In this document: in pieces, positions 39,784 through 54,543 of the stretch
Layout: each line of letters opens with the position of its first letter
Numbering within the stretch: the first letter of the stretch is position 1
Source: Eledone cirrhosa
Taxonomy: Eukaryota
Direction of reading: 5' to 3'
Length of the DNA: 64,000 nucleotides
Assembly: GCA_964016885.1 (NCBI GenBank)
Contig: OZ024746.1
Span: forward strand, 38,564,001-38,628,000
Position numbers and translations under genes: made by a program
The notes under the pieces: generated by a model
Database searches by the model: none
Told to the model about the DNA's origin: nothing
What the model saw: only the letters and a program-made list of their open reading frames with translations

Positions 39784-41062
39784 ACAGGGAGAAAGAGACG
39801 ATTATGAGGAAGAAAAATTTTTTTTTTTTTCCTATTTTGTTTCTCTCTCTCTTTTTTCTGGGTTAGAAAATGATTAAAACGAAATGTTTTACTTTGTGTG
39901 AAGTGTTAAGGTATTAGTTGATTTATTTATTATTTAACAATGGCATTTATTTATCTATTTATATATTTAATTATTGTCTATTACCGATTTCAGCATTTAT
40001 ATGCATTATCAAATGATAGTGAAATGTATTAGTGTGGTGTCGCACATGTTAAACAGACGGTACAGAAAGAATAATGTTATTTACAAACAAGGTTTAAGAA
40101 GTGAAAAGAAAAAAGAAAAAGGAAAAAAAACGTGCATAATGTGGAACGTAAAACGTCAATGTGGGAGAAAAAATAATGTTATTTACAAGCATAGTCATTG
40201 AAGTTAAGCAGATCAAAATGTGTTAATATAGCAAGAGTGCTTAGTTGAACCATGGTTCCGTGATGGAGGCAAATGGTGGACTGAGATTTGATATGATTTC
40301 CCTTTTTAGAGAGTTAATATGCAGGGGGAAGCAATTCTTGCTGGGTGATATATAATTTATTTAAGAAAAAGGATGAGGGAGGTAACTCTTGTAAATGTTT
40401 GATGGTTTGTTGCGATTTTTAGAGCATTAAGTAGTGGTTGAAATTTATTAATGAAATGTGTTTTCTTATTGGTACGTTGGATGAAAGTAGCGTTGTCTAT
40501 GAATATGTAAATGGGGAAAATTTTAAAGTTTGGATGTTGGTTAAGAGCACAATTGGCGATGTGTTCACTAAATGCAATCTTTCTGTATTCCTGTATTTTA
40601 ATTTGTGATTTATGGACGGTGATACGTTGACTGAGGCTGTTTTTTGTCTGTCCTGTGTAGTGCTCTTAACAACCTGAGCAGGTCAAAACATAGATAAGGT
40701 TTTCAGATGCACATGTAAAGTTGTGTTTAACTGTGAAACGTTGTCCTTGTTTAAAATGGAATGTTGAACCTTCTATTAGATTTATGCATATTCCACAGTT
40801 GGGCCTTCCGAATTTTGTTACTGTAGGGTTCATTGTGAGGGTTTGTTGGATTTCGGCTTGTGTGAAGATGTTTTTTATGGATTTGGGTTGTCTTTTGCTC
40901 TTTATGATGTTGTGTGTTTGGGTGATATTGTTCATTCTTGGGTCTCTTTTTAGTAAAGGAATGTTCTGGAGGATGGTGTCGAATGCCTCATTGTTGAGGG
41001 GGTTGTGTGTGGAGATGTATGGTAGAGTTTTTTGTTGCGGTTCATTCCTGGGTTTGGGGTGT
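39779..41062 (-). mobile_element. Neptune-like PLE 3' end (Cys linker + GIY-YIG + pLTR), decayed
   Basis: [63 protein letters not shown]3-A8 hammerhead-like motif at 39978-40019 on the same strand. Confidence 0.85.
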
Positions 41063-41069
41063 CTATATA

Positions 41070-42183
<1,114 letters not shown>

Positions 42184-42184
42184 C

Positions 42185-42293
<109 letters not shown>

Positions 42294-42314
42294 TTGCGTG
42301 TTGTGTTCTTGAGC

Positions 42315-42346
<32 letters not shown>

Positions 42347-42358
42347 ACTTTATAAATA

Positions 42359-42472
<114 letters not shown>

Positions 42473-42581
42473 GTGTATTTTGCAATACACTGGATGCTTA
42501 ATTAAAAGCATTTCGAAGACCTTGGTCTATTGTTTTAGAGTAGTGACAGTTTCACTTACTTTAATTGTATATATATATATA

Positions 42582-42649
<68 letters not shown>

Positions 42650-42652
<3 letters not shown>

Positions 42653-42813
42653 GCCCACCACTATGTGACAATAATTGTCACATGTGTAGTGTTTGTACCA
42701 GGGTTTTCAAGTCGCTGGCTGGACTAAAAAGTCACACTCGTTCAGCGCATCGGTAGGGGTTCTCCTACATGGATATAAAGTAGTGGCTGTACTCGAAACC
42801 GAGTTGGCAGCCA

Positions 42814-42816
<3 letters not shown>
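42650..42816 (+). mobile_element. RTE-type LINE 3' tail with C2H2-like motif; homologous to 56632-56791
   Basis: CSVCTRVFKSLAGLKSHTRSAH*, then ..GTACTCGAAACCGAGTTGGCAGCCACC. Confidence 0.6.
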
Positions 42817-42900
<84 letters not shown>

Positions 42901-43183
42901 AAGTTATATATATATATATAACTTTACATATATATATATTATATATATATATGCTCAAGAACACAACACGCAACCTAGCCCAGGTATCGAACCCACTAGG
43001 CCACGCATTCCACTCAAGGCTGAACAATGAAATTAGAGGTAAAAGCATCCAACTGGCTTCCGCAAATTCCCTTCTCAAGGCTCGGGTCATCTTGAGGCTA
43101 CGTCAACGACACATGATCGTTCATGTTTGCGAAGTGAACTTCTCATCTATGTTAATACCCAATATATATATATATATATATAT

Positions 43184-44207
43184 TTCGTTTCTGAATTTGT
43201 TTAGCTAGATTCTTTATCTGAAATCGTGTGTTGAAACCGATATTGTTATACTTTGGGAGGGTCATGTTGCCAATAAGAAACACACGCACCAGTTGCTTTC
43301 ACTTCAATTTATTAAAATAAATTTATAATAAATTTATAAATTTATAAATTTCTGGTTGGTTGGTTCCACAACCAGATAGTTGTTTATATAGTGTCATAGT
43401 TCTTTCGTCACACACTCTGTGACCTCTTCAGTGACTGGGGATTCCTTTCTTTGTTTCTGTGCCTCTCCTTTGTTCTGTAAAACTAGAAATGTAGTGTATA
43501 GCATAAGATGTACTGAAGGACAATGTAGAGACAAAAATATAGTGTACATAGGTGAGACAGCTCGTAGTGTAGGGGAACGGATAAATGAATACTGGCGAGA
43601 CCTTCAAGATAGTAAAGAATCATCTGTACTCTACCAACATGCTAAAATAGAACATAAGGGTAAATTAGAGAACATAGAAATAAAAATAGAATCTACACAC
43701 AGAAAAGACGCAATGTTTAGACAAATTACAGAGGCAATAAACATAAAAGAATTACAACCAAAATTAAATAGAAAATATGAGTGGAACAGCAACATCACAA
43801 CTTACAATTAAGGACAAAATGAAAACACACACACACATAGAACAAACAATCAACCAGTAACATGTATATAAACAAATAAATAAATGAACATAAACACACA
43901 CAGACACCCGGATGTGGCGCATGCGCGGACTGAGGACACAACACACACACAGAAACAAAATGGCGTAGGACAGAACAAAGGAGAGGCACAGAAACAAAGA
44001 AAGGAATCCCCAGTCACTGAAGAGGTCACAGAGTGTGTGACGAAAGAACTATGACACTATATAAACAACCATCTGGTTGTGGAACCAACCAACCAGAAAT
44101 TTATAAATTTATAAATTTATTATAAATTTATTATAATAAATTGAAGTGAAAGCTTCTGGTGCGTGTGTTTCTTATTGGCAACATGACCCTCCCAAAGTAT
44201 AACAATA
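43184..44207. mobile_element. PLE family A hairpin-type insertion: tail + pLTR (-, 43184-43478) then GIY-YIG + pLTR (+, 43475-44207)
   Basis: Near-identical to 15931-16726; strand switch at a CTGT microhomology. Confidence 0.92.
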
Positions 44208-44310
44208 TATATATATATATATATATATATGTGTATTGTATTCAGCCATGTAGAGGGAACATTTTTTTTTTACGGCAAAACCGGCCATTCATCGCTCGTA
44301 TACAGGAAAC

Positions 44311-44417
44311 TGACTGGCCAGTCTGCTGATATGCAAATCTGGCTGATCAGTGGATCTGCTAATATGCAGATCTGACTGATCAGCCAGTCTTCTAATATGC
44401 AAATCAGGCTGATCAAT
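44311..44417. repeat. Short ~30-33 bp tandem repeat (about 3.5 units) containing ATGCAAAT
   Basis: Units of CTGRCTGATCAG..TCTGCTAATATGCARAT. Confidence 0.6.
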
Positions 44418-44931
44418 CACTACTATATATTTTAGAAATATCATATATTTTCACTAGCTCTGACAGTTGGCAGGTGAACAGTGAGCTGTAGTGACGAAGG
44501 GTGATACCAAGAAACATTCGTTTACATGCCAACACAAGAGTAAAATGAAGGGTTCATTCTACTGACATGGCTTTAAAAAGAGGCTTGTTTGCATAATTGC
44601 AAACGAATCGAATATTATTATTAATATTCGAAAAACTCAGATTACATTTATATATATATATATGAGAACAAATGGTATTGTGAAAACTTGCCACAAATAT
44701 TAACTCTAAAGTAGTTGGATATGTGGGGCAAATTATACTTGGAGACGGTATTGAGGCGGTGTTTGCAAAATACAAGCAAATGAATATATATACACACATA
44801 TATGTATACGTGTATAAATGTGTATCCATTCATATCTATATGTGTGTATATATATACTCATATATAAGTAATGTCTAAAAACATACACACAAAAAACACA
44901 CAATCACACGAACTCATATATATATATATAA

Positions 44932-45068
<137 letters not shown>

Positions 45069-45069
45069 T

Positions 45070-45102
<33 letters not shown>

Positions 45103-45155
45103 TTATATATATATATATATATATTTATATATTTATATATATATATTTATATATT

Positions 45156-45245
<90 letters not shown>

Positions 45246-45860
45246 TATATACGTATTTCTATAATGGGAATGGTAAGGTCTGATTGTAAATATACGTAGT
45301 TTAATCTTAGTTCTGATGTTTGTGTTTTCTTTGCAGCCTCCTTTTGCTCTGTCTAATCTCAGCAGCTTTACGTTTTATCTCTATTTTCATTTGATCCGTT
45401 ACTTTTCATTTCGTTCCCTGTGTGTTTCTTTACATTAATTCTTTAACTACACACATAGACGTACGTATTCACACATGCACAAACACATATGTCGATATTT
45501 TATGTGTTAGTTTAGACTATATATTTATATAGAGAAAGATAAGTCAAACTGTGAACGTAAATACTATACATATATAAAATTATATTGTATTATATACATA
45601 CATTATATATATATATATACATACATTATTTATATATATATATTTATGTATATATTTATATATATATGAGGGCGGTGGATTGGCAGTATCGGTAGATGGT
45701 CAGACACCATGCTTTCGAGCATAGTTACGTCCCTTTACAATCTGAGTTCAAATCCCGCCGAGGTTGACTTTGCCTTTCATCCTTACGGGGTCGATAAAAT
45801 AAAGTACCAGTAAGGCACTGGGCAATTGCTGGCCTTGTGTCTAAAGTAGAAACAATTATT

Positions 45861-45901
<41 letters not shown>

Positions 45902-46000
45902 CTATATAATATATATATATATATGTATAGATACAAACACACACCCCCACATACACACATATATTTATATATATATACACACAGAGTAGATAAATAGATA

Positions 46001-48756
46001 TGTTTCTTTTATTTGCCACTAGGGCATCAAAAGTGGGACAAGTACAAAGGGGGGAGTTTACACAAAAAGGCGTCCTCAATAAGGAGGAGGCAATAACAAA
46101 ATATAAAAATAAAATAAGATATAACAAAAAATAAAATTTTTAACAAAATCCTCAATAGAGAGGAGGCGCCTTGGGGGGTCGCACACACCCCCGAAAAAAG
46201 TGTGCAACCCTTCTCCTCAGGAGCACAGAGAAGGGGTGCTCCCTTGGTCTTTCATCTTCCTCACCTATAGTCTGATGTAGAGTGAAGGCCCATTCACACG
46301 GGCCATTCTCGCCACTTTCACCCATCTTTCATAGAAACGGCTGGGGTGCAGCACCTCTCTCTCCATCCTGATCCTTCTTCCGAAATGATATCGGAAGAAA
46401 CGGACCAGTTGTTGGCCAGAGAGAAAGGTGCCTGACCTCAGTCCTTTCAGACGCGTCCACCATACAACCTCTTTCGCCATGGCTATTACGCACAGAAACA
46501 CCGCCTCTGCTTCATCTTTGAAGGGGGGAGGCGGCTTGATCATTACAATAGACTCGGTGGTCAACCGGATCGGTCCCACCCTTGACAGCAGTTGTTCGAC
46601 ATAGCCCCACAGATCGGCTACGCCCGAGCAGTGTACCAATGCGTGTGCAACGGTTTCCTCGTCGCACACGCATCTGGGACAGATCTTTTTGGCGGGGTCC
46701 CTACCCGGGCGCCCGTGTCTGTAGAGCCTTTCTCGAACGGGTAAAGCCCCTCGGTAGCACTGCCAGGCCAGGGACTTCTGGAAGTTGTCCATAGGTCCTG
46801 GGCTGAATGTCCTACCGAACAGGCTGGCCAGTTCGTCCTCCTCCATGTCTAGGGCTTCTCCGAGGGCGTCGTCGCACCTGCTGCGTACCAGCCCTCTATA
46901 GAATGTTGCGGTGGAGTCTCCACTGATAACCGGATCCGCCTGCCAGAGGGCGGTGAGCGCCTGGGCACACTCAGTGTGCCAGGCGCCCAGTTTTCTCGGT
47001 CTTTGCTTGACCCAGGATTGCAGCTCGGTGAGTGAGACGAGTCTGGGAAAGGTTCGTCTCACAAACGAGGCCCACACCGGTTGTCCGGTGAGGAATACGT
47101 AGAGGTGCCGTAGCCTTAATGCGTGTTTACGCATCATTAGCCACGGCATCCCCAGCCCTCCTTTCGAAGGGTGTTGACAGCAGATGGATCTCCTCACCAT
47201 AGGAGCCCGCCTCTTCCAAAGGAATTGGAAGAGCGCGCGCTCCATCTTGGTGAGGGTTTCCCTTGGGCAGTGCACTACGGTCAGGCGGTAGTAGATGACG
47301 GACGCTATGTAGGTGTTCGCCACTTCCGCCCGACCTTTCAGGGATAGTTTGCAACTGGCCCACTTCTGGGTCAGTGCAAACACCCTGTTCGTAACCTCCG
47401 CCCAGTTTTTCTCCACCTGGAGGTCCGGTCCGAACCAGACCCCGAGCAACTTCACCGGGCCCTCCGTCCAGCGTCCGACGACGCTATCGGAGGGCATCGG
47501 TCTGCCCCTCCACGTGCCGAGTTGCAAACCGATCGACTTGTCCCGGTTCAGCTTAGCCCCTGTGAACCTTTCGTACTCCTCCAGTAAGGTGCCGACCGCC
47601 TCGATTTCGGAGGCCGTCGACACCATTACTGTCACGTCATCGGCGTAGGCCGACACCGCTTTCCGCAATCCCGGTTCCAAGGGGATGCCCTGCAACAACT
47701 CCAACTTCCGCAGTAGTGGCTCGAGAGTCAACACATACAGAAGGGAGGAGAGAGGGCACCCTTGTCGGATGGACCGCGCGATTTGGAACGGCTCCGAGAG
47801 GTAGCCGTTCACCTTGACCCTAGAGCAGATGCGGCTACTGTGCATAGCAGTGATCCAGCCCCTGAAAACGGGTCCGAAGCCTGCCGCCGCTAGCACCGCA
47901 TCCAGGTAACCATGGTCGACCCTATCGAACGCCTTAGATTGATCCAAGTTGATCAGGGCCCCACCAAAGCCGGGTTCGTTCCCAACCCTCTCTATGATGT
48001 ATCGCATGAGGTGGAGGTTGTCATGGATGGACCTGGACGGCATAGCGCATGTCTGCGCATCTCCCACCAGGTTGCCCACGACAAGCGCCAACCTCTTTGC
48101 TAGCACCTTGGCCAAAATCTGTAACTCTGTGTTTAGCAGTGTTATGGGCCTGAAGTTACTTATTTCGTCCCCCTTGTTCTCGTCCTTCCTCACTAGCGTG
48201 ACTACGCCCTTGGTCACAGTACAGGGAATTCTCCCGTTCTGTTGCCAGTTGCAGTAGACCGCCTCGAGGAGATCGGGGAACAAGTCCGGCATAGCTAGAT
48301 ATAATTCGTAAGGAAGACCATCGAGACCCGGGGATTTGCGTTTGCCGCATTGGCTCAGCACGTCCTCTATCTCAGCGGCCGAAATCGGCTCCTCGCAGGA
48401 CTTCGCCTCCCTGTCCGAGAGGCGCGGCAGGCCGTCGAGGTATGGACCGAAGTCCACGTTCCCAACCGGCTCCCCGCCCCTCCCGAACAGTCGGGCAAAG
48501 TGCCTTTGAAAGGCCTCACACATCTGCTTAGGCTCAAGAATCGCCCGTCCATCCAGGTCTCGCAAAGACCGGATGGTAGATTTAGTTCCACTGTTGGCCT
48601 CTGTCACGCTGGCCCAGCTAACAGCTTTGGTCCCCTCGTTCCCTAGGGGACCAAAGCTGTTAGCTGGGCCCGCGTGACAGAGGCCAACAGTGGAACTAAA
48701 TCTACCATCCGTGGAACTAAATCTACCAACAGTGGAACTAAATCTACCATTTATCT
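46001..48756 (-). mobile_element. 5'-truncated Tx1-type LINE subfamily C with a snap-back 5' junction and 20 bp TSD
   Basis: TSD ACAGAGTAGATAAATAGATA at 45981-46000 and 48757-48776. Confidence 0.95.
46265..48607 (-). pseudogene. Truncated ORF2 (RT and C-terminus open, endonuclease missing)
   Basis: 780-codon open frame with KSPGLDG, RQGCPLS, YADD and CPRC. Confidence 0.93.
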
Positions 48757-49196
48757 ACAGAGTAGATAAATAGATAGACAGATCAACAGATAGATAAAAA
48801 TGGGAAAGGGAGTAACTATGTGATTATGTTTTTAGTCTTAAAGCATACATACACATAGACAAACTTGCTCGCCCATCTATATTTATATGTGTGCGTATAC
48901 GTATATGTGAATATATATATATATATATATATATACATACATACATTTGACTATATTTATAAAGAGAGATAAATAGATAGATTTCTTTATTTACCATAAA
49001 GGCATAAAAAGAAGGGACAAATACAAAGGGGGAGTTTACATATAATCGAGTAAAAAGGGTGTAACATGAAAATAATCGAAAATAACCTCAAAAGGGAGGG
49101 GACGTGATGGGGGTTGCACACACCCCCGAAAAAGTGTGCAATCCTTTGCCCGGGGAGCACATGGAGAAGGTGCTCCCCTCTCCTTTACTTCTTTAC

Positions 49197-52100
49197 CTAC
49201 AGGATGGTATACAGAGAAGGCCCATTTACACGAGCCATTCTCGCCACTATCACCCACCTTTCATAAAACTGCCTGTGGCCAAGCACCTCTCTCTCCATTC
49301 TTATCCTTCTTCCGAAGTGATATCGGAAGAAGTAGACCAGACTATGGCCAGAGAGGAAGTTGCCTGACCTCAGACCTTTCAATCGTGTCCACCAAACAAC
49401 CTCTTTCAACATGGCTATTACGCACAGAAAAACCGCCTTTGCTTCCTTTGTGAAGAGGGGAGGCGGTTTGATTGTCATCACGGACTCGGCGGTCAATTTA
49501 ATCGGCGCCACCCGCGACAGCAGTTGTTCGGCGTAGCCCCACAGATCAGCCACGCCCGGACATTGCACCAATGCGTGCGCTACGGTTTCTTCGTGACGCA
49601 CGCATCTAGGGCAAATCTTTTTTGAGGGATCCCTGCCCGGGCGCCCGTGTCTGTAGAGCCTCTCTCGAACGGGTAGAGCCCCTCGGTAGCACTGCCAGGC
49701 CAGTGACTTCTGGAAGTTGTCCATTGGGCCTGGGCCGAAAGTCCTACCGAACAGGCTGGCCAGTTCGTCTTCTTCCATGTCCAGCGACTCTCCAAGGGTG
49801 TCATCGCCCCTGCTAGCCACCAGCCCTCTATAGAATGATGAGGTGGATTCTCCACCGATGGCCTGGCCCGCTTGCCAGAGAGCCCTGAGCGCCTGAGCAC
49901 ACTCAGTGTGCCATTCTCCCAGTTTTCCGGATCTTTGCTTGACCCAGGACTGTAGCTCGGTGAGTGAGACGAGTCTCGGAAAGGCTCGTTTCACGAACGG
50001 AGCCCACACCGGTTGACCAGTGAGGAATACCTGTAGGTGCCGTAGCCTTAATGCGTGCCTACGCATCATCAACCACGGCATCCCCAGCCCTCCTTTCGAA
50101 GGTTGTTGGCAGCAGATGGATCTTCTCACCATAGGAGGACGCTTCTTCCAAAGAAATTGGAAGAGCATGCGTTCCATGGTGGTGAGTGTTTCCTTAGGGC
50201 AAGGCACGACAGTCAGGCGGTAGTAAGTGACGGACGCTATGTAAATGTTCGCCACCTCCGCCCGGCCTTTTAGGGACAGCTTACACTTGGCCCATTTCTG
50301 GGTTAGTGCAAACACCTTGTTCGTAACCTCGTTCCAGTTCTTTTCCACCTGGAGGTCCGGTCCAAACCAGACCCCAAGCAACTTTACCGGGCCCTCCGTC
50401 CAGTGTCCGACGACACCGTCAGGAGGCATCGGTTTGCCTCTCCACGTTCCGAGTTGCAGCCCGATGGACTTTTCCCGGTTCAGTTTCGCTCCTGACAACC
50501 TTTCGTACTCCTCCAGTAAGGTACCGATCGCCTCGATCTCCGAGTCGGTTGATACCATTACTGTTACGACATCGGCGTAGGCCGACACCGCTTTGCTCAA
50601 TCCTGGTTCCAGGGGGATACCCTGCAACAACTCCAACTTCCTCAGTAAAGGCTAGAGAGTCAATACGTACAGAAGGGAGGAGAGAGGGCACCCCTGTCGA
50701 ATGGATCGTGTGATTTCGAACGGCTTCGAAAGGTAGCCGTTCACCTTGATCCTAGAACAGATGTGGTTGCTATGTAGGGCAGTGATCCAGCCTCTGAAAA
50801 CAGGACCGAACCCAGCCGCCGCTAGCACCGCATCCAGGTAACCATGGTCGACCCTATCGAAGGCCTTAGGCTGATCCAAGTTGATCAGGGCCCCACCGAA
50901 GCCGGGTTTGTTGCCAACCCTCTCTATGATGTGTCGCATGAGGTGGAGGTTATCGTGAACGGACCTGGATGGGATAGCACATGTCTGCGCATCTCCCACC
51001 AGGCCACCCACGACAAGCGCCAACCTCTTTGCTAACACCTTGGCCAAAATCTTTAACTCTGTGTTTAGCAGGGTTATGGGCCGAAAATTATTTATACTAT
51101 CCCCCTTGTTCTCGTCCTTCCTCACCAGCGTGACTACGCCTTGGCTACAGAACAAGGAATTCTCCCGTTCTGCTGCCAATTGCAGTAGACCGCTTCGAGG
51201 AGTTCGGAGAAGAAGACCGGCATTGCTAAATAAAGTTCGTAAGGTATACCATCGAGACCTGGAGATTTGCGTCTGCTGCATTGGCTCAGCGCATCTCCGA
51301 TCTCATCAGCCGAGATTGGTCCCTCGCAGGACTCTGCCTCTTTGTTCGAGAGACGCGGCAGGCCGTCGAGGTATGGACCGAAATCCACGCCCCGGCCCGG
51401 ACCCTCGCCTCCCCCGAACAATCGGGCAAAGTGCTTTTGAAAGGCCTCGCACATCTCCTTAGGCTCCCGGATCACTCGTCCATCTTCGTCTTGCAACGAC
51501 CGGATGGTGGATCGATTTCCACTCTTAGCTTCTGTCACGCGGGCCCATCCAACGGCTTTGGCCCCCTCATTACCTAGAGCACGTATTTTACTTCGAATGA
51601 CGCAGCCTTCATGCTTTGCATCGAAAAACTGGTTCAAGGCCGTCCTCGATGCCAGCACTCTGGCCACATCTTCGCTCTTGATTGCCTCTTCTAATTTACC
51701 TGTTAATTCTTTCTCGTTTCTATTCCTATCGGCAGCTAACATCTTGCTATAACTTATTGATTCTGTTCTAATCTCTCTTTTGAGAGATGCCCACCATCGG
51801 TTGTTGACGATTGCACCCGTCAAACTCTCCTTAACTAATCTGCTAATCCGGTTTCTGTAAGTCTCTTTTGCCGGTAAAGACAGATTAAGTTTCCAGTAAC
51901 CGGGACCCTGTCTATGTGTTTTCTCGAGATTGACCACGCAGGTCACTAATTTGTGATCCGTGTAGCCAACCGTGCGCATTTCTGGACAGCTTAATATGTC
52001 CCTATCCTTACTTCTAACTAAGAATCTATCTAAGTACGATCTAGATTGACCACTGTGGTTTCTCCAAGTCCAGGTAGGCACAGTTGGAAAATCTAGTCGA

Positions 52101-52632
52101 TATCTATCGACCAAGTTAAAACGGTCGAGTAACCCCTTGAGGCTGTTACACCCCCTCTATTAGGACATGCTCCTGCATAGTCCCAACGTGCATCCAGGAT
52201 GTCATTCCAATCCCCCGCTAGAAGCAGGGAACGCGACGTTCCCAGAAAAGTCTCCAAACGTTGGAAGAAGTCGGGCCGTTCAGCTCCGAAAGGGGAGTAG
52301 ACGGCGACCAGTCTCAAGGCCGCACTTTCACTACTGCCAACGTCTAGCACCAACAAACGACCCTCCGGGTCCGAGTGCACAACCTGTACGGCAAGACCCA
52401 GGTGTTTTTGCAGCAGTACGACAACCCCACCCCCACCTCCAGGTTGACAGAGAGATGCATGCACCTCAAAGTCATCGAAGGTGGGGGCCAGCTGCCGCAT
52501 GACGCTGATTCGAGTCTCACAGATAACCATTACATTTATACTACATGACCTGAGGTCATTTAGAAGCTTTGCTTGCTTCCAAGTTGAGCCCAGGCCACGT
52601 GCATTCAAACATCCTACTCTTAACACATCCAT
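49197..52632 (-). pseudogene. ORF2 (APE-RT) broken by two frameshifts (~52140, ~51140) and a stop at 50652; YADD changed to YADV
   Basis: Four consecutive ORF pieces are collinear with 32329-35775. Confidence 0.92.
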
Positions 52633-52665
52633 GTGGGCGGCAGAGCCAAAGGAGAGTGTAGAGAC

Positions 52666-54543
52666 CTACCTTTTCGCTTCCCGGGGTTCGGGTTGCACGA
52701 CTTCCATGGGGTCGGGGGTGTTGGGTGAAGGGGTGTCTTGTGGTGGTGTGGGGTCGTCAGTGTGTGGTGGGGTTGGGGTGTTTGGAGTTGTGTTGGGGAG
52801 GGGAAGGGGAGGGGGAAAGCTTTTTAGTAGGACGCGGTTTATGGGTTTGACAGAGGGTGGTCCTACGTCCTCCTTAAAATCCTTTTTTAGTTTTTGGTAG
52901 AGGTTCATTGGGATTTTTATTAGTTTTAAATGTGGGTGGTTTTCTGACGAAACAAAGTTTACACCTTCGGTTTGTACCGAAGGATTATTGTATATGAGTT
53001 CATTTAATTTATTATTGTTTCTGTTGATGTAAGTATAGTGTAATGTCTTTTTTTCCGATGGTGTGAGTGTTTCGAAGAGGGGAGGGGCAGGTTTGGTTTT
53101 GTTTGTTGCTGGAGGGGTGTTTTCTGTTTTGTTGGATTGTGTTGCGATTTGGGTGGGGGTTGTTTGTCCTTGTGTGTTTTGCACATGTTTTCTTTTTTTC
53201 CTTTTAATCTGTCTGAAGGACTCCGTTTCTTCCTCCGAATTCGTTGGGTTATCTTCAGTGTTGGAGGGAAGAGGTATGTTTGCTGGTAATGTTTCCGTGT
53301 TGGTTTTCTTTGTGGGGGAGATGGATGTCACTATGTTAGACTGTGTTGTGTGTTGTGTCTGCGGTGGTTGTGTTGTTTTATTGAGTGAGAGGTTGGGTGG
53401 GCCTGTATTTTGTTTTGGGGTAATGTGTTGTGACTGTTTGTGTTGTGGTGGTGTTGTGGTTTTACTGAGGGACGGGTTGGGTGGGACTGAGTTTTGTTGT
53501 TTGTTTATCTGTTGTGGTGGTGGTGGTGGAGCTGGTGTTGGTAGCAGGGTTTTCTTTTTGTTGAGTTGGGGACAAGCGGCCTTCAGGTGCCCTCTGCCTG
53601 CACAGATATGGCAGGACGGCCTTCTCCCCTCCACGCTAATGTTTATATACCCGTGGTCCTCTAATAGGATTCTGTCGGGTATTTGGGCGATGCGTTCAGG
53701 CTTCATTTGTACTACCAGCTCTATACCTGTTCCACTGAACGCATTGCCTGTGGTTTTCCCAATGGAAATCACGTTGTCATTCACTGGATCGATGAAGCGA
53801 GCTATGAGCCAGCAGTAGTCCACATCTGGCATCATTGCATCCAGCCATATGCGTTGAGTTTTTTTTCCCATATAAGATGGATAAAAGGTGAAATTTTTCG
53901 AACGAATCGGTGACAAAGCACATTTTTTTGCCGCCGATTCGTTCTTCATGATAATTGCTAGGCTTCCATACAGTCTGTCTTTTCTTATGAAAGTTGTTTC
54001 ATTCAGTACTTCTGTGAGTACTGTTTTGATATCTGCTTGAGAAGGCTGTTCAGGTTTTTTTGTACTGTTGTTGATGGTCCGAAACTTGACCGTTCGGCTT
54101 TCAATGTCTTTCGTGAATTCTTGAGGCATTTTTACCAATAAAATACCATTCTCACCTTCACTTATGTATTGTTTGGCGTCCGTGATCCTTCGTACCACAT
54201 CTGAAATGTTTTCCGCTATATAAGTCAAAGATTTCTTTGTTTTCTGTGCAAATGAAATCTTGTCGTCTGCTTTGTTTTCTGATATGGTGTTATTTTCAAC
54301 TGTTATTTTTTTGTTTGTTGTGTCTTTGTTTGTGTTATTAGTATTGTCATGCAATTTTTCAAATTTTTTTTTTTCGTTGTTGGAATCCAAGTCCAGATTT
54401 ATGTTTTCGTCATTTAATTTTTTTTCCGCAGATTCGTCCGTTTTTATTTTCATTTTTCCTTCCTTCTCTATGACGTTAGTTGGGAAGGAAGGGAGGACTA
54501 AAGCGTGCGAGCTTACAACTCTTACCGCTGTCCCCCCCACCAC
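52666..54543 (-). CDS. LINE ORF1 protein (CCHC knuckle), open frame
   Basis: CHICAGRGHLKAAC; collinear with 30410-32287. Confidence 0.85.
   Translation of the reverse strand: MVGGTAVRVVSSHALVLPSFPTNVIEKEGKMKIKTDESAEKKLNDENINLDLDSNNEKKKFEKLHDNTNNTNKDTTNKKITVENNTISENKADDKISFAQKTKKSLTYIAENISDVVRRITDAKQYISEGENGILLVKMPQEFTKDIESRTVKFRTINNSTKKPEQPSQADIKTVLTEVLNETTFIRKDRLYGSLAIIMKNESAAKKCALSPIRSKNFTFYPSYMGKKTQRIWLDAMMPDVDYCWLIARFIDPVNDNVISIGKTTGNAFSGTGIELVVQMKPERIAQIPDRILLEDHGYINISVEGRRPSCHICAGRGHLKAACPQLNKKKTLLPTPAPPPPPQQINKQQNSVPPNPSLSKTTTPPQHKQSQHITPKQNTGPPNLSLNKTTQPPQTQHTTQSNIVTSISPTKKTNTETLPANIPLPSNTEDNPTNSEEETESFRQIKRKKRKHVQNTQGQTTPTQIATQSNKTENTPPATNKTKPAPPLFETLTPSEKKTLHYTYINRNNNKLNELIYNNPSVQTEGVNFVSSENHPHLKLIKIPMNLYQKLKKDFKEDVGPPSVKPINRVLLKSFPPPLPLPNTTPNTPTPPHTDDPTPPQDTPSPNTPDPMEVVQPEPREAKR

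Noticed and set aside
48690-48750. CRISPR-like short direct repeats
   Set aside because: Eukaryotic context, no spacers, and the sequence derives from the adjacent LINE.
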